This document shows, piece after piece, positions 30,213 to 39,734 of a stretch of DNA of 64,000 nt. Position numbers and translations under genes: made by a program. Source of the stretch: Candidatus Omnitrophota bacterium (lineage in GTDB: Bacteria > Omnitrophota > Gorgyraeia > Gygaellales > Profunditerraquicolaceae). The DNA is taken from assembly GCA_026387355.1 (NCBI GenBank), contig JAPLLW010000006.1:23362-87361 (forward strand), written 5' to 3'. Below the pieces are notes generated by a model, which was not told where the DNA came from, searched no databases, and saw only the letters and a list, made by a program, of their open reading frames with translations. Each line of letters begins with the position of its first letter. Within the stretch, counting starts at the first letter, position 1.

Positions 30213-30683
30213 ATGCAGATACGCTCGCACTCAGCTGCAAATACTTTAAATCTTGGTAAAATTATTGCCCGGCATCTTCAACCCAAAGACATAATCTGTC
30301 TTAAGGGTGAGCTTGGCACAGGTAAGACCGTTCTGACCAAGGGTATTGCCCATGGTCTCGGCGTTGATAAGTCCAAAGTAACTAGCTCTTCTTTTGTCCT
30401 CATACGTCAGCATTTAGAGGGGAGGGTCCCTTTGTATCATTTTGATCTTTATCGCCTTAAGGACGCAGCCTGTATATCTACGTTAGGCTATGAAGAGTAT
30501 TTTTATGATGAAGGGGTATCGGTTATTGAATGGGCAGAGAGGTTAGATTATCTTATGCCCGCTGAATATCTTATGGTAGAATTATGCTACGGTGCAAATA
30601 CTAACAGGGTTATAAAATTTTCAGCAGTAGGTAAACGCTACATTAGCTTGCTTAAGAAAATATATGAAAATATTAGGCATTGA
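30213..30683 (+). CDS. tsaE: tRNA threonylcarbamoyladenosine biosynthesis protein TsaE (YjeE ATPase)
   Basis: P-loop GELGTGKT; 156 aa; adjacent to tsaB. Confidence 0.8.
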   Translation: MQIRSHSAANTLNLGKIIARHLQPKDIICLKGELGTGKTVLTKGIAHGLGVDKSKVTSSSFVLIRQHLEGRVPLYHFDLYRLKDAACISTLGYEEYFYDEGVSVIEWAERLDYLMPAEYLMVELCYGANTNRVIKFSAVGKRYISLLKKIYENIRH

Positions 30684-31335
30684 TACATCGACCAAGTTTT
30701 TAAGCCTCGGTATTTACAATGATGGCAAGGTATATGAATATAACTTGGAGGTGGGACATAAGTTATCTTCGTTGCTTACTCTCCTTATTAAGAGGGCAAT
30801 TAATGCCGCCGCCTTAGAGGTTGGTGATTTTGATTATTTTGCCTGTGGTTTGGGCCCGGGATCTTTTACTGGTATACGCGTTGGGCTAAGTGCTATAAAG
30901 GGCTTGAGTTGGGCAACAGGAAAGCCTGTAATCGGCATATCCACTCTTGATATAATGGCTCTAAATGCAGAAAGCAAAGCTAAGATTATCTGTCCGGTTA
31001 TTGACGCTAAAAGAAATTTAATTTACTCATGTTTCTATAAGTTTGTATCCGGGAAACTCAAGAAGATTACTCCCTATATGCTTCTTTCAAAAGAAGAGCT
31101 ATGCAAGAAGTTGAAGCCTCAGAGCGCAGTATTCGGGGATGCGCTTAATTTATACAAAGAAGAAATCTTAAAGGAGACGCCCGGCCTCACCATGCTAGAT
31201 AAAGACCAGTGGTACCCTTTGCCACATAATATTATCAAGATTGCTTTAGGCCGTATTAAAGATAAATTATTGGATGACCCTGTTAAGATTAATCCGATAT
31301 ATCTATACCCTAAGGATTGTCAGGTGAGTAAGTGA
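30664..31335 (+). CDS. tsaB: tRNA t6A biosynthesis protein TsaB (inactive Kae1/YeaZ paralog)
   Basis: YeaZ-type N-terminus (KILGIDTST, GPGSFTGIRVG); 223 aa. Confidence 0.8.
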   Translation: MKILGIDTSTKFLSLGIYNDGKVYEYNLEVGHKLSSLLTLLIKRAINAAALEVGDFDYFACGLGPGSFTGIRVGLSAIKGLSWATGKPVIGISTLDIMALNAESKAKIICPVIDAKRNLIYSCFYKFVSGKLKKITPYMLLSKEELCKKLKPQSAVFGDALNLYKEEILKETPGLTMLDKDQWYPLPHNIIKIALGRIKDKLLDDPVKINPIYLYPKDCQVSK

Positions 31336-32450
31336 TCATAAATAATCATCAAATTGGATATAGGCCTACCTGGGCAGAAATTAACCTGGATAATCTTGAG
31401 TATAATTTTTTCCAGATAAAAGACAGAATTTCACCCGGGACTAGAATGCTAGTTACGGTCAAGGCGGATGCCTATGGCCATGGCTTAGTTCCCGTATCTC
31501 AAAGGCTGACCTCTTGCGGTGTTGATTATCTTGGGGTTGCCTCTATAGATGAGGGGATAAAATTACGCGAGGCAGGAATAAGGATTCCGGTTTTGATCCT
31601 AGGCTTAATCTTTAAGAAAGACATAGAGCCGCTTTTTAAATATAATCTCACTACAACCGTTTGCGATGAGGATTTGAGCGTAGCTATAAATAATAAAGCC
31701 CGTTCTATCCACAAAAAAGCAAAAGTGCATATTAAGGTCGATACGGGTATGGGCCGCATTGGTATTGCGCATCGCGACGCGCATAAGCTAGTAAAAAAGA
31801 TACACAGCTTAAGGAACATTAGCGTAGAAGGGCTTTTTACGCATTTTGCCTTTGCGGACATAAACAAAGATTTCACATTCTATCAGATTGATCTTTTTGA
31901 TAAACTGCTTAAGAATTTAGCCAAAGACGGCATAAGGATTCCTTTAATCCACGCAGCTAACAGCATGGGAGTTCTTGATTACAAAAAAAGCCATTTTAAT
32001 ATGGTTAGGCCCGGCTTAGTGATCTATGGACTTTTTCCTAAAGATAGCTTAAAGATTAACCTAAGGCCAGTGCTGAGTTTAAAAACAAGGGTCGTTTATG
32101 TTAAGAAGGTCCCTGCGGGTTCAGGTATTAGTTACGGGCATGATTATATTACAAAAAAAGCAACTACAATTGTGACTCTACCGATTGGTTACGGAGATGG
32201 CTATCCGCGCAATCTTTCTAATAGAGCCTTTTGTTTAATAAGGGGTAAGCGTTTTAAGATGTGCGGTAAGATTTGCATGGACCAGATTATGGTTGATGTC
32301 GGGTCTACGCAAGTAAGAATAGGTGATGAAGTGGTTTTAATCGGCGCGCAAGGAAGAAGTAAGATTAATGTTGAAGAATTAGCGCAACTCTGCGGAACTA
32401 TCCCCTACGAAATTGTCTGCGGATTAGGAAGCCGTATCCCAAGAGTATAA
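31332..32450 (+). CDS. alr: Alanine racemase
   Basis: PLP-lysine motif VKADAYGHG; 372 aa. Confidence 0.9.
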   Translation: MIINNHQIGYRPTWAEINLDNLEYNFFQIKDRISPGTRMLVTVKADAYGHGLVPVSQRLTSCGVDYLGVASIDEGIKLREAGIRIPVLILGLIFKKDIEPLFKYNLTTTVCDEDLSVAINNKARSIHKKAKVHIKVDTGMGRIGIAHRDAHKLVKKIHSLRNISVEGLFTHFAFADINKDFTFYQIDLFDKLLKNLAKDGIRIPLIHAANSMGVLDYKKSHFNMVRPGLVIYGLFPKDSLKINLRPVLSLKTRVVYVKKVPAGSGISYGHDYITKKATTIVTLPIGYGDGYPRNLSNRAFCLIRGKRFKMCGKICMDQIMVDVGSTQVRIGDEVVLIGAQGRSKINVEELAQLCGTIPYEIVCGLGSRIPRV

Positions 32451-32454
32451 ATCC

Positions 32455-33555
32455 TTAAGGAAGTTTATTAATTAGATAAATACTGAAGATTATGGCAATA
32501 ATATGTCCGCCTGAAGCAGCTAATATCGGAGGAAGTAACCCGCCGCGTCCTATGGCAATACATATGGCATCAAGTATATAATATAAAAATCCCACCATAA
32601 TTGAAAAGCCTATAGAGGAGAGTCCGGTAGCGCGTTTGCGCATGATTAACGAGAAAGGTATGCCTAACAAGATCATAATCAGACTTGAAAAAGGCGAGAA
32701 GAATTTTTGGTAAAGGTCTATATTTAAAGTGTTGATTACGGTTTTTGCTCCGCTTTTAGAGAGTTTCCAGATATAGTTATCCAATTGGTTTATGGTCATA
32801 TATTCCGGACGCTGTCTCTGGGCAAGAAAATCATGCGGCGTTTCGGGTATAGTCATTATTTCTTCTTCAAAATAAAGCGGTTCGTCAATAATCTGGCCGT
32901 TTTTGTCAAAATTATAAGTAATTGACTGATAAAACTTCCAAAGTCCGTCTTCATAAGCGCCTTTATTGGCGATTATCTTACGCGTGAGGTTTTGTTCTTC
33001 ATCCTGTTCCAGTATTGTTATCCCCTGCATTGTTTTTGTAGTAGGATAAAACTTGTTGATAAAGAATAGCCTGTTTCTTAAGCCATACATAGAAACATTA
33101 GTTAATACTTCAGTTTTCTTTTCATTCCTATTCTTGCCAGCTTCATCCATCTGGGCTATGATCTTCTGGGTAGTGAGCATGGCTTTGGGCGCAAAGCGGT
33201 CATTAATCCAGAAAACAAGCAGGCTAATCATTAAACCAAAGAGTATTACAGTTTTAGTGATATAGAGTATGCTTAGGCCTGCGGCGCGCATAGCGATAAT
33301 CTCATTATCATGATTTAATTTACTGAATGTATAAAGCGTACTCAGGAGACAGGAGAAGGGGGCAACCTGGACGAACATTATTGGTAGATAGGTAATATAA
33401 TATTGAATTAGCAGGGTGTAGTGTATTTGAGATTTTATAATATCTTCAAGCTTTGAAAGAACATCAATTATTACGTACATGAACAGAAAGACGAAGACGC
33501 AGGAGACAAAAATAGTTATTACAGATTTTAAAATGTGGCGGTCTAGGATGCGCAT
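32455..33555 (-). CDS. lptG: LPS export ABC permease, LptF/LptG (YjgP/YjgQ) family; downstream member, LptG-like
   Basis: Six-TM permease with a large periplasmic beta-jellyroll loop; paired with a paralog upstream. Confidence 0.7.
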   Translation of the reverse strand: MRILDRHILKSVITIFVSCVFVFLFMYVIIDVLSKLEDIIKSQIHYTLLIQYYITYLPIMFVQVAPFSCLLSTLYTFSKLNHDNEIIAMRAAGLSILYITKTVILFGLMISLLVFWINDRFAPKAMLTTQKIIAQMDEAGKNRNEKKTEVLTNVSMYGLRNRLFFINKFYPTTKTMQGITILEQDEEQNLTRKIIANKGAYEDGLWKFYQSITYNFDKNGQIIDEPLYFEEEIMTIPETPHDFLAQRQRPEYMTINQLDNYIWKLSKSGAKTVINTLNIDLYQKFFSPFSSLIMILLGIPFSLIMRKRATGLSSIGFSIMVGFLYYILDAICIAIGRGGLLPPILAASGGHIIAIIFSIYLINKLP

Positions 33556-34649
33556 AGTTTATAAGTAAAAAATAAGCCTATTGTGCCAAATAGGAGATTA
33601 GGAATCCAGATGGCTAATGTCGGATCAATAACGCCCTGGATTCCCATAGATTCGCAACCGATGAGTAGCGGATAATATACGATAAAGATAAGAATAGCTA
33701 TTCCTATGTTGATAGTTTTTTCTCGGCGCCGGGTGATAATGCCAAAAGGGGCACCGATTAGTATAAAGACAAGGCATGAGAAGGCCAGACTAATTTTTTC
33801 ATTAATCTCGACGATTAATGGCGCAGGGTTTATGTTTTCTTTCTTAAGCCTGGCTATCTCTTCTTGGAGTTCTTGAATAGTCATCTCTTTGTATTTCTTT
33901 GTCAAATTTGTGCTTTTTTGCGCGTCAGCCAGATTTAGATTCATGAAATAAGTCTTAAAATTTAATTTATAGAAATTAGTGGGGTTACTCGGGTCCGGTT
34001 CGTCAGATGTCCCGTCCATAAGTTTAAGTTTTACCGAATTCTTCTCTGGTATAGTTATAAATTCACCGCTTCTGGCAACTATGGTTCGCGTAGGCTTATC
34101 ATCTCCTTGCGGCTCGTAAATGCGCACATTAATTAAGCGGTTTCTTTTCTGGTCTACCTTGTAAATGAAAAGTACGTATTTCTGGAAAGTATTAATGAAG
34201 ACGCCTTCTTCAAATGCAGCTGTAGGATTCTTAACCCCAATTTCAATCAAGGTTTTGCGGTAGGCGAAATGAGCGTATGAGGCAGCCTGGTCATTGAATA
34301 TTACCAGGCCCAAGCTTAAGATTAAGCCAATCGTAAGCAATGGTAATATGAGTTTGAAGAGGTTTATCCCGCTTGCCCTTATGGCGATAATTTCGTTATC
34401 GCTAGAAAGCCTGCCCAGGGACATAAGTACTGCCACAAGCACTGAAATAGGTAAGGCATAAGTCACCATATAGGGAGTCATAAGCAGGAATACCTTGAGC
34501 ACGCTAAAGATGTCCACGCCTTTATTAATTACTAGATCTGCTATTTTCTTAAGGTTTCCTACAACAAGCATAAGAAAGCTTAATACGCCTAGGGTTAGAA
34601 AGAGCGGTCCGGTGAATTCCTTTAATAAATAATTACGTATTATTCGCAT
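33543..34649 (-). CDS. lptF: LPS export ABC permease, LptF/LptG (YjgP/YjgQ) family; upstream member, LptF-like
   Basis: Paralog of the previous gene, overlapping it by 13 nt. Confidence 0.7.
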   Translation of the reverse strand: MRIIRNYLLKEFTGPLFLTLGVLSFLMLVVGNLKKIADLVINKGVDIFSVLKVFLLMTPYMVTYALPISVLVAVLMSLGRLSSDNEIIAIRASGINLFKLILPLLTIGLILSLGLVIFNDQAASYAHFAYRKTLIEIGVKNPTAAFEEGVFINTFQKYVLFIYKVDQKRNRLINVRIYEPQGDDKPTRTIVARSGEFITIPEKNSVKLKLMDGTSDEPDPSNPTNFYKLNFKTYFMNLNLADAQKSTNLTKKYKEMTIQELQEEIARLKKENINPAPLIVEINEKISLAFSCLVFILIGAPFGIITRRREKTINIGIAILIFIVYYPLLIGCESMGIQGVIDPTLAIWIPNLLFGTIGLFFTYKLCAS

Positions 34650-34653
34650 AGGT

Positions 34654-35379
34654 TTAGTTGGCTAAAGTTAATACAAATACAATATTTGCCCCTGATTTTT
34701 TTAAGGCTTTAGCTGCTTCGGAAGATGTAGCTCCGGTAGTAAGTACATCGTCTATCAATAATAAATTCTTATCTTCCAGGTGTGTTTCTTTTCTAACAGA
34801 GAAGCTATTCTCTACATTTACGAAACGCGTCTCTATCGGTAAATTAGTTTGTGTCTTGGTCGGGCGGTGGCGTATGAGTATGTCGTTTGCAAGGTCCTTT
34901 TTGAAAAAGCATGCTATTTGCCTACTCAAGGCTTCAGCCTGGTTAAATTCTCTTTCGCGTAAGCGTGTCTTATGTAATGGCATAGGGATTATAAGATCCA
35001 GATAATTAATGGGCAAGCTATATTCGTTAATAAAATTAATCATCATTTCACTTAATGGTTTAGCGAGATCGATTTTAGCTTTATATTTGAACTCATGAAC
35101 TAGCTCTTTTATTACTCCTTCATATATGCATGGGCTAAATGCGCGGTCAAAGCTAAGTTTTCTTCTTGAACAATCAGAGCAAATAGATTTATTCAGAGAT
35201 TCTCTCTCTAAGTGTCTCCCGCAGCTTTGACAGAAGGGAGGTATATTCTTCTTGATTCTTGCTTTGCACGAGCTGCATATAGAAATTTCTATAGCTTGAG
35301 TGTTAAGTTTAACTTTGCAACTCGGGCATGTTTTAGGATATAGCGTATTTATCAAATCCTGAAAACACCTACGTAGCAT
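34654..35379 (-). CDS. comF: ComF-family protein (zinc ribbon plus phosphoribosyltransferase domain)
   Basis: N-terminal Cys pairs (CPSC, CSSC, CQSCG, CSDC); a C-terminal PRTase motif (LLIDDVLTTGATS). Confidence 0.75.
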   Translation of the reverse strand: MLRRCFQDLINTLYPKTCPSCKVKLNTQAIEISICSSCKARIKKNIPPFCQSCGRHLERESLNKSICSDCSRRKLSFDRAFSPCIYEGVIKELVHEFKYKAKIDLAKPLSEMMINFINEYSLPINYLDLIIPMPLHKTRLREREFNQAEALSRQIACFFKKDLANDILIRHRPTKTQTNLPIETRFVNVENSFSVRKETHLEDKNLLLIDDVLTTGATSSEAAKALKKSGANIVFVLTLAN

Positions 35380-35495
35380 AGGGATATAATAACAGCTAAA
35401 AGTATATTTGTCAATTTCACTCTTAGAAGTAGTTTCTTAAGGTAATTTATAGTCTTAGATTGATATAACAATAGTTTAATGTTATAATAAAAAAC

Positions 35496-36185
35496 TATGA
35501 AAAGAACGCCAAAAATAATAATCATCATTTTGCTCAGCTTGTTTCTTATTCTCTTGAGTATGGTGATTTTTACCATCTTTTTTGACCAGGCAGTTATAGT
35601 GCGTAGGAATACGATTTATCGCGCAAATACTTATTGGATGAGTTAAAGAGGGCTAAGGTCAAGGCTACTTTTTTTATGTTAGGAGAACATGTAGCTAAGT
35701 ATCCGCAGGTTGCCCGAAGGGTGGTAAATGAGGGTCATGAAGTAGGGAACCATACATATACTCATCACGGGCTTCTCTATTATACTAATGATGAGTTAAA
35801 AAAAGAGATTAATGATGCTCAAGAAATCATAAGAAGCGCTACAGGAGTTACGACTTTATATTTCAGACCCCCCAAGGCTTGGCTTACAAACGAAGAAAAG
35901 GCCCAGATTGGTAAGATGGGTTATAAGGTTATTCTTTGGTCTTTAAATTCTAAGGATTGGGTGAGTTTTGATGATAAGTATATTGTAAATTATATAGTGC
36001 GTAATATAAGGCCCGGGGATATCCTGCTTTTTCATGACAGTGGCGGCGTATTTAGTATCGAAGGAGGGAGCAGGAAGGAGACGGTAAGGGTTATTTACAG
36101 GTTGGTAGAAAAGTTGCAGGAAAAAGGTTATAAGTTTGTTACAATAAGCGAACTTTTAAATGGAGAAAATAGTAATGGGGAATAA
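35496..36185 (+). pseudogene. Polysaccharide deacetylase (NodB-homology, ArnD-like position), apparently disrupted by an internal deletion or frameshift that removes the TFDDG catalytic motif
   Basis: The ATG at 35496 encodes a TM anchor plus ...RRNTIYRANTYW, then stops at 35643-35645. A second frame (opening at 35607; ORF-track TTG at 35634) continues ...LDELKRAKVKATFF...GHEVGNHTYTHH... (NodB motifs 2-5). The segment expected to carry motif 1 (TFDDGP) is absent. Confidence 0.5.
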
Positions 36186-37830
36186 GACAAAACAAATAAT
36201 TATTTTGATTTTCTTGGCGTATATTTTTCTAATGTTTGGTAACGGGTTATTAAGCTTAACTAATCCCGATGAGGTTTTCTACACCCAGACAGCTAGAGAG
36301 ATGATTCAACACAAAACCTGGATGACTCCTATATTATTCGGCCAGCCGCAATTTGAGAAACCCATTTTTATCTACTGGCTTATAAGGGTCAGCTTTAGCA
36401 TTTTCGGGAATACCAGTTTTGCCGCACGCTTTGGCCCTGCGTTTATAGCAATCCTGGGAATTATCGCAACTTACTTATTGGCACTCCTTGGTTTTAAGGA
36501 TAATAAAAAAGCCTTTTTTGTAAGTTTCATTCTGATGTCATCTGGTCTTTATATCGGTTTAGCCAGAACCGTATTTACGGATATGATCTTTTCAGTATTT
36601 ATCCTTTTTGCATTGTTAGCTTTTTATTGGGGGTATACCTGTAAAGCAAGGAAGGGTTTAGGTTTAATTTTATTCTTTGTTTCATCAGCATTGGCAGTTT
36701 TATCCAAGGGGCCGTTGGGCATTTTAATCCCGTTTTCAATTATTTTGGTTTTTCTTTTTATTAAGAAAGATTTAAAGTTTGTTATTTCAAAATATTCATT
36801 ATTGGGATTAATCGCCTTTGCTGCAATTGCCCTGCCCTGGTATATTCTTATGGAAGTAAAATACGGCTCTGTTTTTAATCGGGAGTTTTTCTATAATGAC
36901 CACTTCGTGCGCATTATCCGCGCAGAGCACAGAGATAATGACACTTGGTATTTTTATCCGCTTACAGCGTTGGGAGCTGTTTTCCCGTGGACCATTTATA
37001 CCTGTATTGCCTTAGTCTGCCTTTTTATTAATATCGGGCGCAGGATGAAGGATTTTAATCTATTTTTGCTTTTGTGGGTAAGTTCAGTATTCTTAACTTT
37101 TCAATTTGCCCACTCTAAGCTTACCAGTTATGTCTTTCCTTTCTTCCCGGCGCTGGCTATTATGACTGGGGATTATATTTATGATCAGGTTTTAGCTAAA
37201 AAACAGAGTCGCGTATTTTTTGTTGCCTCAATAATTATGGCAGTTGTTTTATTTATCTTTCCTATCGCTATACCTATAGCTGGGATATCTATTTTAAAGG
37301 ATTATCCAATTTTTATTGAACCGGGGCCATTGGTTTATTTTTCATTTTCCCTCTTAATCTTAATGGCGGTCTTATTTCTAGTTTTTATTTTACGGCGTAA
37401 GTTTATGAAAGCATTCTACCTTTTGTCTTTGCCGGTTTTAGTTTTAATATTTTCAGCAGGTTTTATGCATGAGAAAATTGAGCCTTATGTTTCTTCTCGT
37501 GACGCAGCTAATTATTTAATGAATAATTATAAAGTGGAAGGTCCGATTATCTGCAGCAAGTTTTATGCCAGAGGTGTAAGATTTTATACCGATAAAGAGG
37601 TTGTGGCAGTGGATATCCCGGGTTCGCAATTTTTTAGTCCGCATCCGATTCTTTTTCTGGATACTCATCAAAAGGTAAGAGATTTTTTAAGTAAACGTCC
37701 GATTAATTACGGTATTTTAAAGAAAAATAATGTCAGAGACTTTGAGGGTCTGACAGAAAAACATTACAAGTTTGAGGTTCTTAAACAATGCGGCAATGAA
37801 TATGTGGTAAGGATTTCGCCGTTGCCGTAG
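36160..37830 (+). CDS. ArnT/PMT-family (GT-C, GT83/39-like) membrane glycosyltransferase
   Basis: Thirteen-plus TM helices, an N-terminal DE-containing loop (NPDEVFYTQTAREM), and a 556-aa length match 4-amino-4-deoxy-L-arabinose transferase-like and dolichyl-phosphate-mannose-type glycosyltransferases. Confidence 0.75.
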   Translation: MEKIVMGNKTKQIIILIFLAYIFLMFGNGLLSLTNPDEVFYTQTAREMIQHKTWMTPILFGQPQFEKPIFIYWLIRVSFSIFGNTSFAARFGPAFIAILGIIATYLLALLGFKDNKKAFFVSFILMSSGLYIGLARTVFTDMIFSVFILFALLAFYWGYTCKARKGLGLILFFVSSALAVLSKGPLGILIPFSIILVFLFIKKDLKFVISKYSLLGLIAFAAIALPWYILMEVKYGSVFNREFFYNDHFVRIIRAEHRDNDTWYFYPLTALGAVFPWTIYTCIALVCLFINIGRRMKDFNLFLLLWVSSVFLTFQFAHSKLTSYVFPFFPALAIMTGDYIYDQVLAKKQSRVFFVASIIMAVVLFIFPIAIPIAGISILKDYPIFIEPGPLVYFSFSLLILMAVLFLVFILRRKFMKAFYLLSLPVLVLIFSAGFMHEKIEPYVSSRDAANYLMNNYKVEGPIICSKFYARGVRFYTDKEVVAVDIPGSQFFSPHPILFLDTHQKVRDFLSKRPINYGILKKNNVRDFEGLTEKHYKFEVLKQCGNEYVVRISPLP

Positions 37831-37867
37831 CGGCAATTTGTTGACACAGGTTCTAAGAGAGGGTAAA

Positions 37868-38434
37868 ATGGAAAACATGTATACGAGTATAGACGAGTTA
37901 AAGAAGCAATTGTTATCCTTGTTGAATAAGGAAGCATTAAAGAGGGGGGAGTTTATCCTCTCTAGCGGTAAGGCGAGTAATTATTATTTAGACGGCCGGG
38001 TAATTACGCTGACACCCGAAGGCGCATATTTAGTTGCCAGTATTATTCTGAAGTTGTATAAGGATAAAAAAATAGTTGCAATTGGTGGTCCTACTTTAGG
38101 TGCAGATCCGATTGTCGGAGCGATTGCCTGCTTAAGCCATATTAAGAGTATTCCTTTAAAAACATTTATTGTGCGTAAGGTGGTAAAAGAGCATGGCGCA
38201 CAACGGCAAATAGAAGGTCCTTTTATTGAAAAAGGCAGTAAGGTTATTCTGGTTGATGATGTAGCAACTACCGGTAAAGCGTTAATTGAAGCAAAGTTAG
38301 CTTTGGATAGAGCCGGAATTTTGTCAGATACCGCTATAGTTATAGTAGACAGGTGCGAAGGCGCAAGTGTGAATTTGGCAAAAGAAGGCCTGAAGCTCGA
38401 ATCTATTTTTACCATAAAAGACTTCGGTCTTTAG
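37868..38434 (+). CDS. pyrE: Orotate phosphoribosyltransferase
   Basis: PRTase motif VILVDDVATTGKA; start moved to the ATG at 37868. Confidence 0.8.
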   Translation: MENMYTSIDELKKQLLSLLNKEALKRGEFILSSGKASNYYLDGRVITLTPEGAYLVASIILKLYKDKKIVAIGGPTLGADPIVGAIACLSHIKSIPLKTFIVRKVVKEHGAQRQIEGPFIEKGSKVILVDDVATTGKALIEAKLALDRAGILSDTAIVIVDRCEGASVNLAKEGLKLESIFTIKDFGL

Positions 38435-38444
38435 GTATAATCCT

Positions 38445-39689
38445 GTGCAAAAAAAGAAAATTGTTGTTGTAGGCGCAGGCCCCGCAGGTATGATGGCGGC
38501 AATCAAGGCCGGCTCTCTGGGGCAAGATGTAATCCTCGTTGAGAAAAACTCCATCCTAGGTAATAAACTCCTTCTTAGCGGCAAAGGCCGTTGTAATCTA
38601 ACCAATGCGTGCGAATTAGATCTGTTTCTGGAAAGATTTCCTAAAAGCGGGCAGTTCTTGAGGGATGCATTCAAGAAATTCTTTAATCAGGATCTAATGA
38701 GCTTTTTTCAGGAGAGAGGTCTTGAGCTAAAAGTGGAGAGACAATTGCGCGTTTTTCCGGTTACAGATAGGTCTACTAGTATTGTCGATATACTAAAAGA
38801 AGAATTATTAAAACAAAATGTAAAGATTATGTTTAAGTTCAAGCTAATAGACATATTGATAAAAAATAACTCTGTAAAGGGTATATATATTAATGACGGA
38901 GAATTAGTTTATTGCGATAAATTAATTTTAGCTACCGGCGGAGCCTCTTATAGTTTTACCGGCTCAACCGGTGAAGGGTTAGCAATTGTTAAAAAGATAG
39001 GACATGAAATTGTTACGTTACTTCCGGGTTTAATCCCGCTTGATACGAAAGAAGACTATCCTAGGATTTTAAAGGGGTTAACCCTGAAGAATATTTCTAT
39101 TAAATTTTGCACTGGTAAATTAGAATTGATCTCTGAGGTAGGAGAACTTTTGTTTACGGGTACAGGTATTTCTGGTCCGCTGGTCTTAACTTTAAGCGCA
39201 AAGGTAGTTGATTGGCTTAGTCAAAAAAAGGATGTTTATGTGCAGATAGATTTAAAACCAGGACTTACTTATGAGCAGCTTGATGCTAGACTCTTAAGAG
39301 AATTCAAGGCAAATCCTAAGAAGGGTTTTAAAAAAATAGCTAAGAGTTTATTGCCTTTAAAATTAATCGATATTTTCCTAAAATTAACTAATATAGATCC
39401 TTTTAAGAAAGCCAACCAACTTACTCAGAAAGAACGTAATGATTTTGTCTCTCTGCTTAAGTGTTGGCGTCTAGTTATTTCTAGTTCAAGGCCGATTGAA
39501 GAGGGGATGGTTACCCAAGGCGGAGTTTCGCTGAAAGAGATTAATCCTCGCACAATGGAGTCGCGCATAATTAAAGGTTTATATTTTTGCGGTGAGATGA
39601 TTGATGTTGATGCCGATACTGGTGGGTTTAATCTGCAAGCTGCTTTTTCAACCGGGTATTTGGCGGGAGAGAGCGCCGGGTCAACTTGA
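38445..39689 (+). CDS. HI0933-family FAD-binding flavoprotein (aminoacetone-oxidase-like NAD(P)/FAD oxidoreductase)
   Basis: GAGPAG Rossmann motif and the HI0933 architecture (GRCN...TGGASY...FCGE). Confidence 0.8.
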   Translation: MQKKKIVVVGAGPAGMMAAIKAGSLGQDVILVEKNSILGNKLLLSGKGRCNLTNACELDLFLERFPKSGQFLRDAFKKFFNQDLMSFFQERGLELKVERQLRVFPVTDRSTSIVDILKEELLKQNVKIMFKFKLIDILIKNNSVKGIYINDGELVYCDKLILATGGASYSFTGSTGEGLAIVKKIGHEIVTLLPGLIPLDTKEDYPRILKGLTLKNISIKFCTGKLELISEVGELLFTGTGISGPLVLTLSAKVVDWLSQKKDVYVQIDLKPGLTYEQLDARLLREFKANPKKGFKKIAKSLLPLKLIDIFLKLTNIDPFKKANQLTQKERNDFVSLLKCWRLVISSSRPIEEGMVTQGGVSLKEINPRTMESRIIKGLYFCGEMIDVDADTGGFNLQAAFSTGYLAGESAGST

Positions 39690-39690
39690 T

Positions 39691-39720
39691 TGACGGGTGG
39701 CGCCGTGGCAGGACCCGTCA
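39691..39720 (+). terminator. Hairpin (GACGGGT ... ACCCGTC, 14-nt loop) between the flavoprotein gene and maf
   Basis: Seen directly in the sequence; no clear U-tract follows, so this is a weak terminator call. Confidence 0.3.
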
Positions 39721-39734
39721 AATAACTTAATTCT

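Noticed and set aside
35352-35576. 74-aa minus-strand ORF upstream of the deacetylase gene
   Set aside because: It overlaps the + strand N-terminal TM-anchor fragment of the disrupted polysaccharide deacetylase (the ATG at 35496), which better explains the region; it has no RBS or domain.
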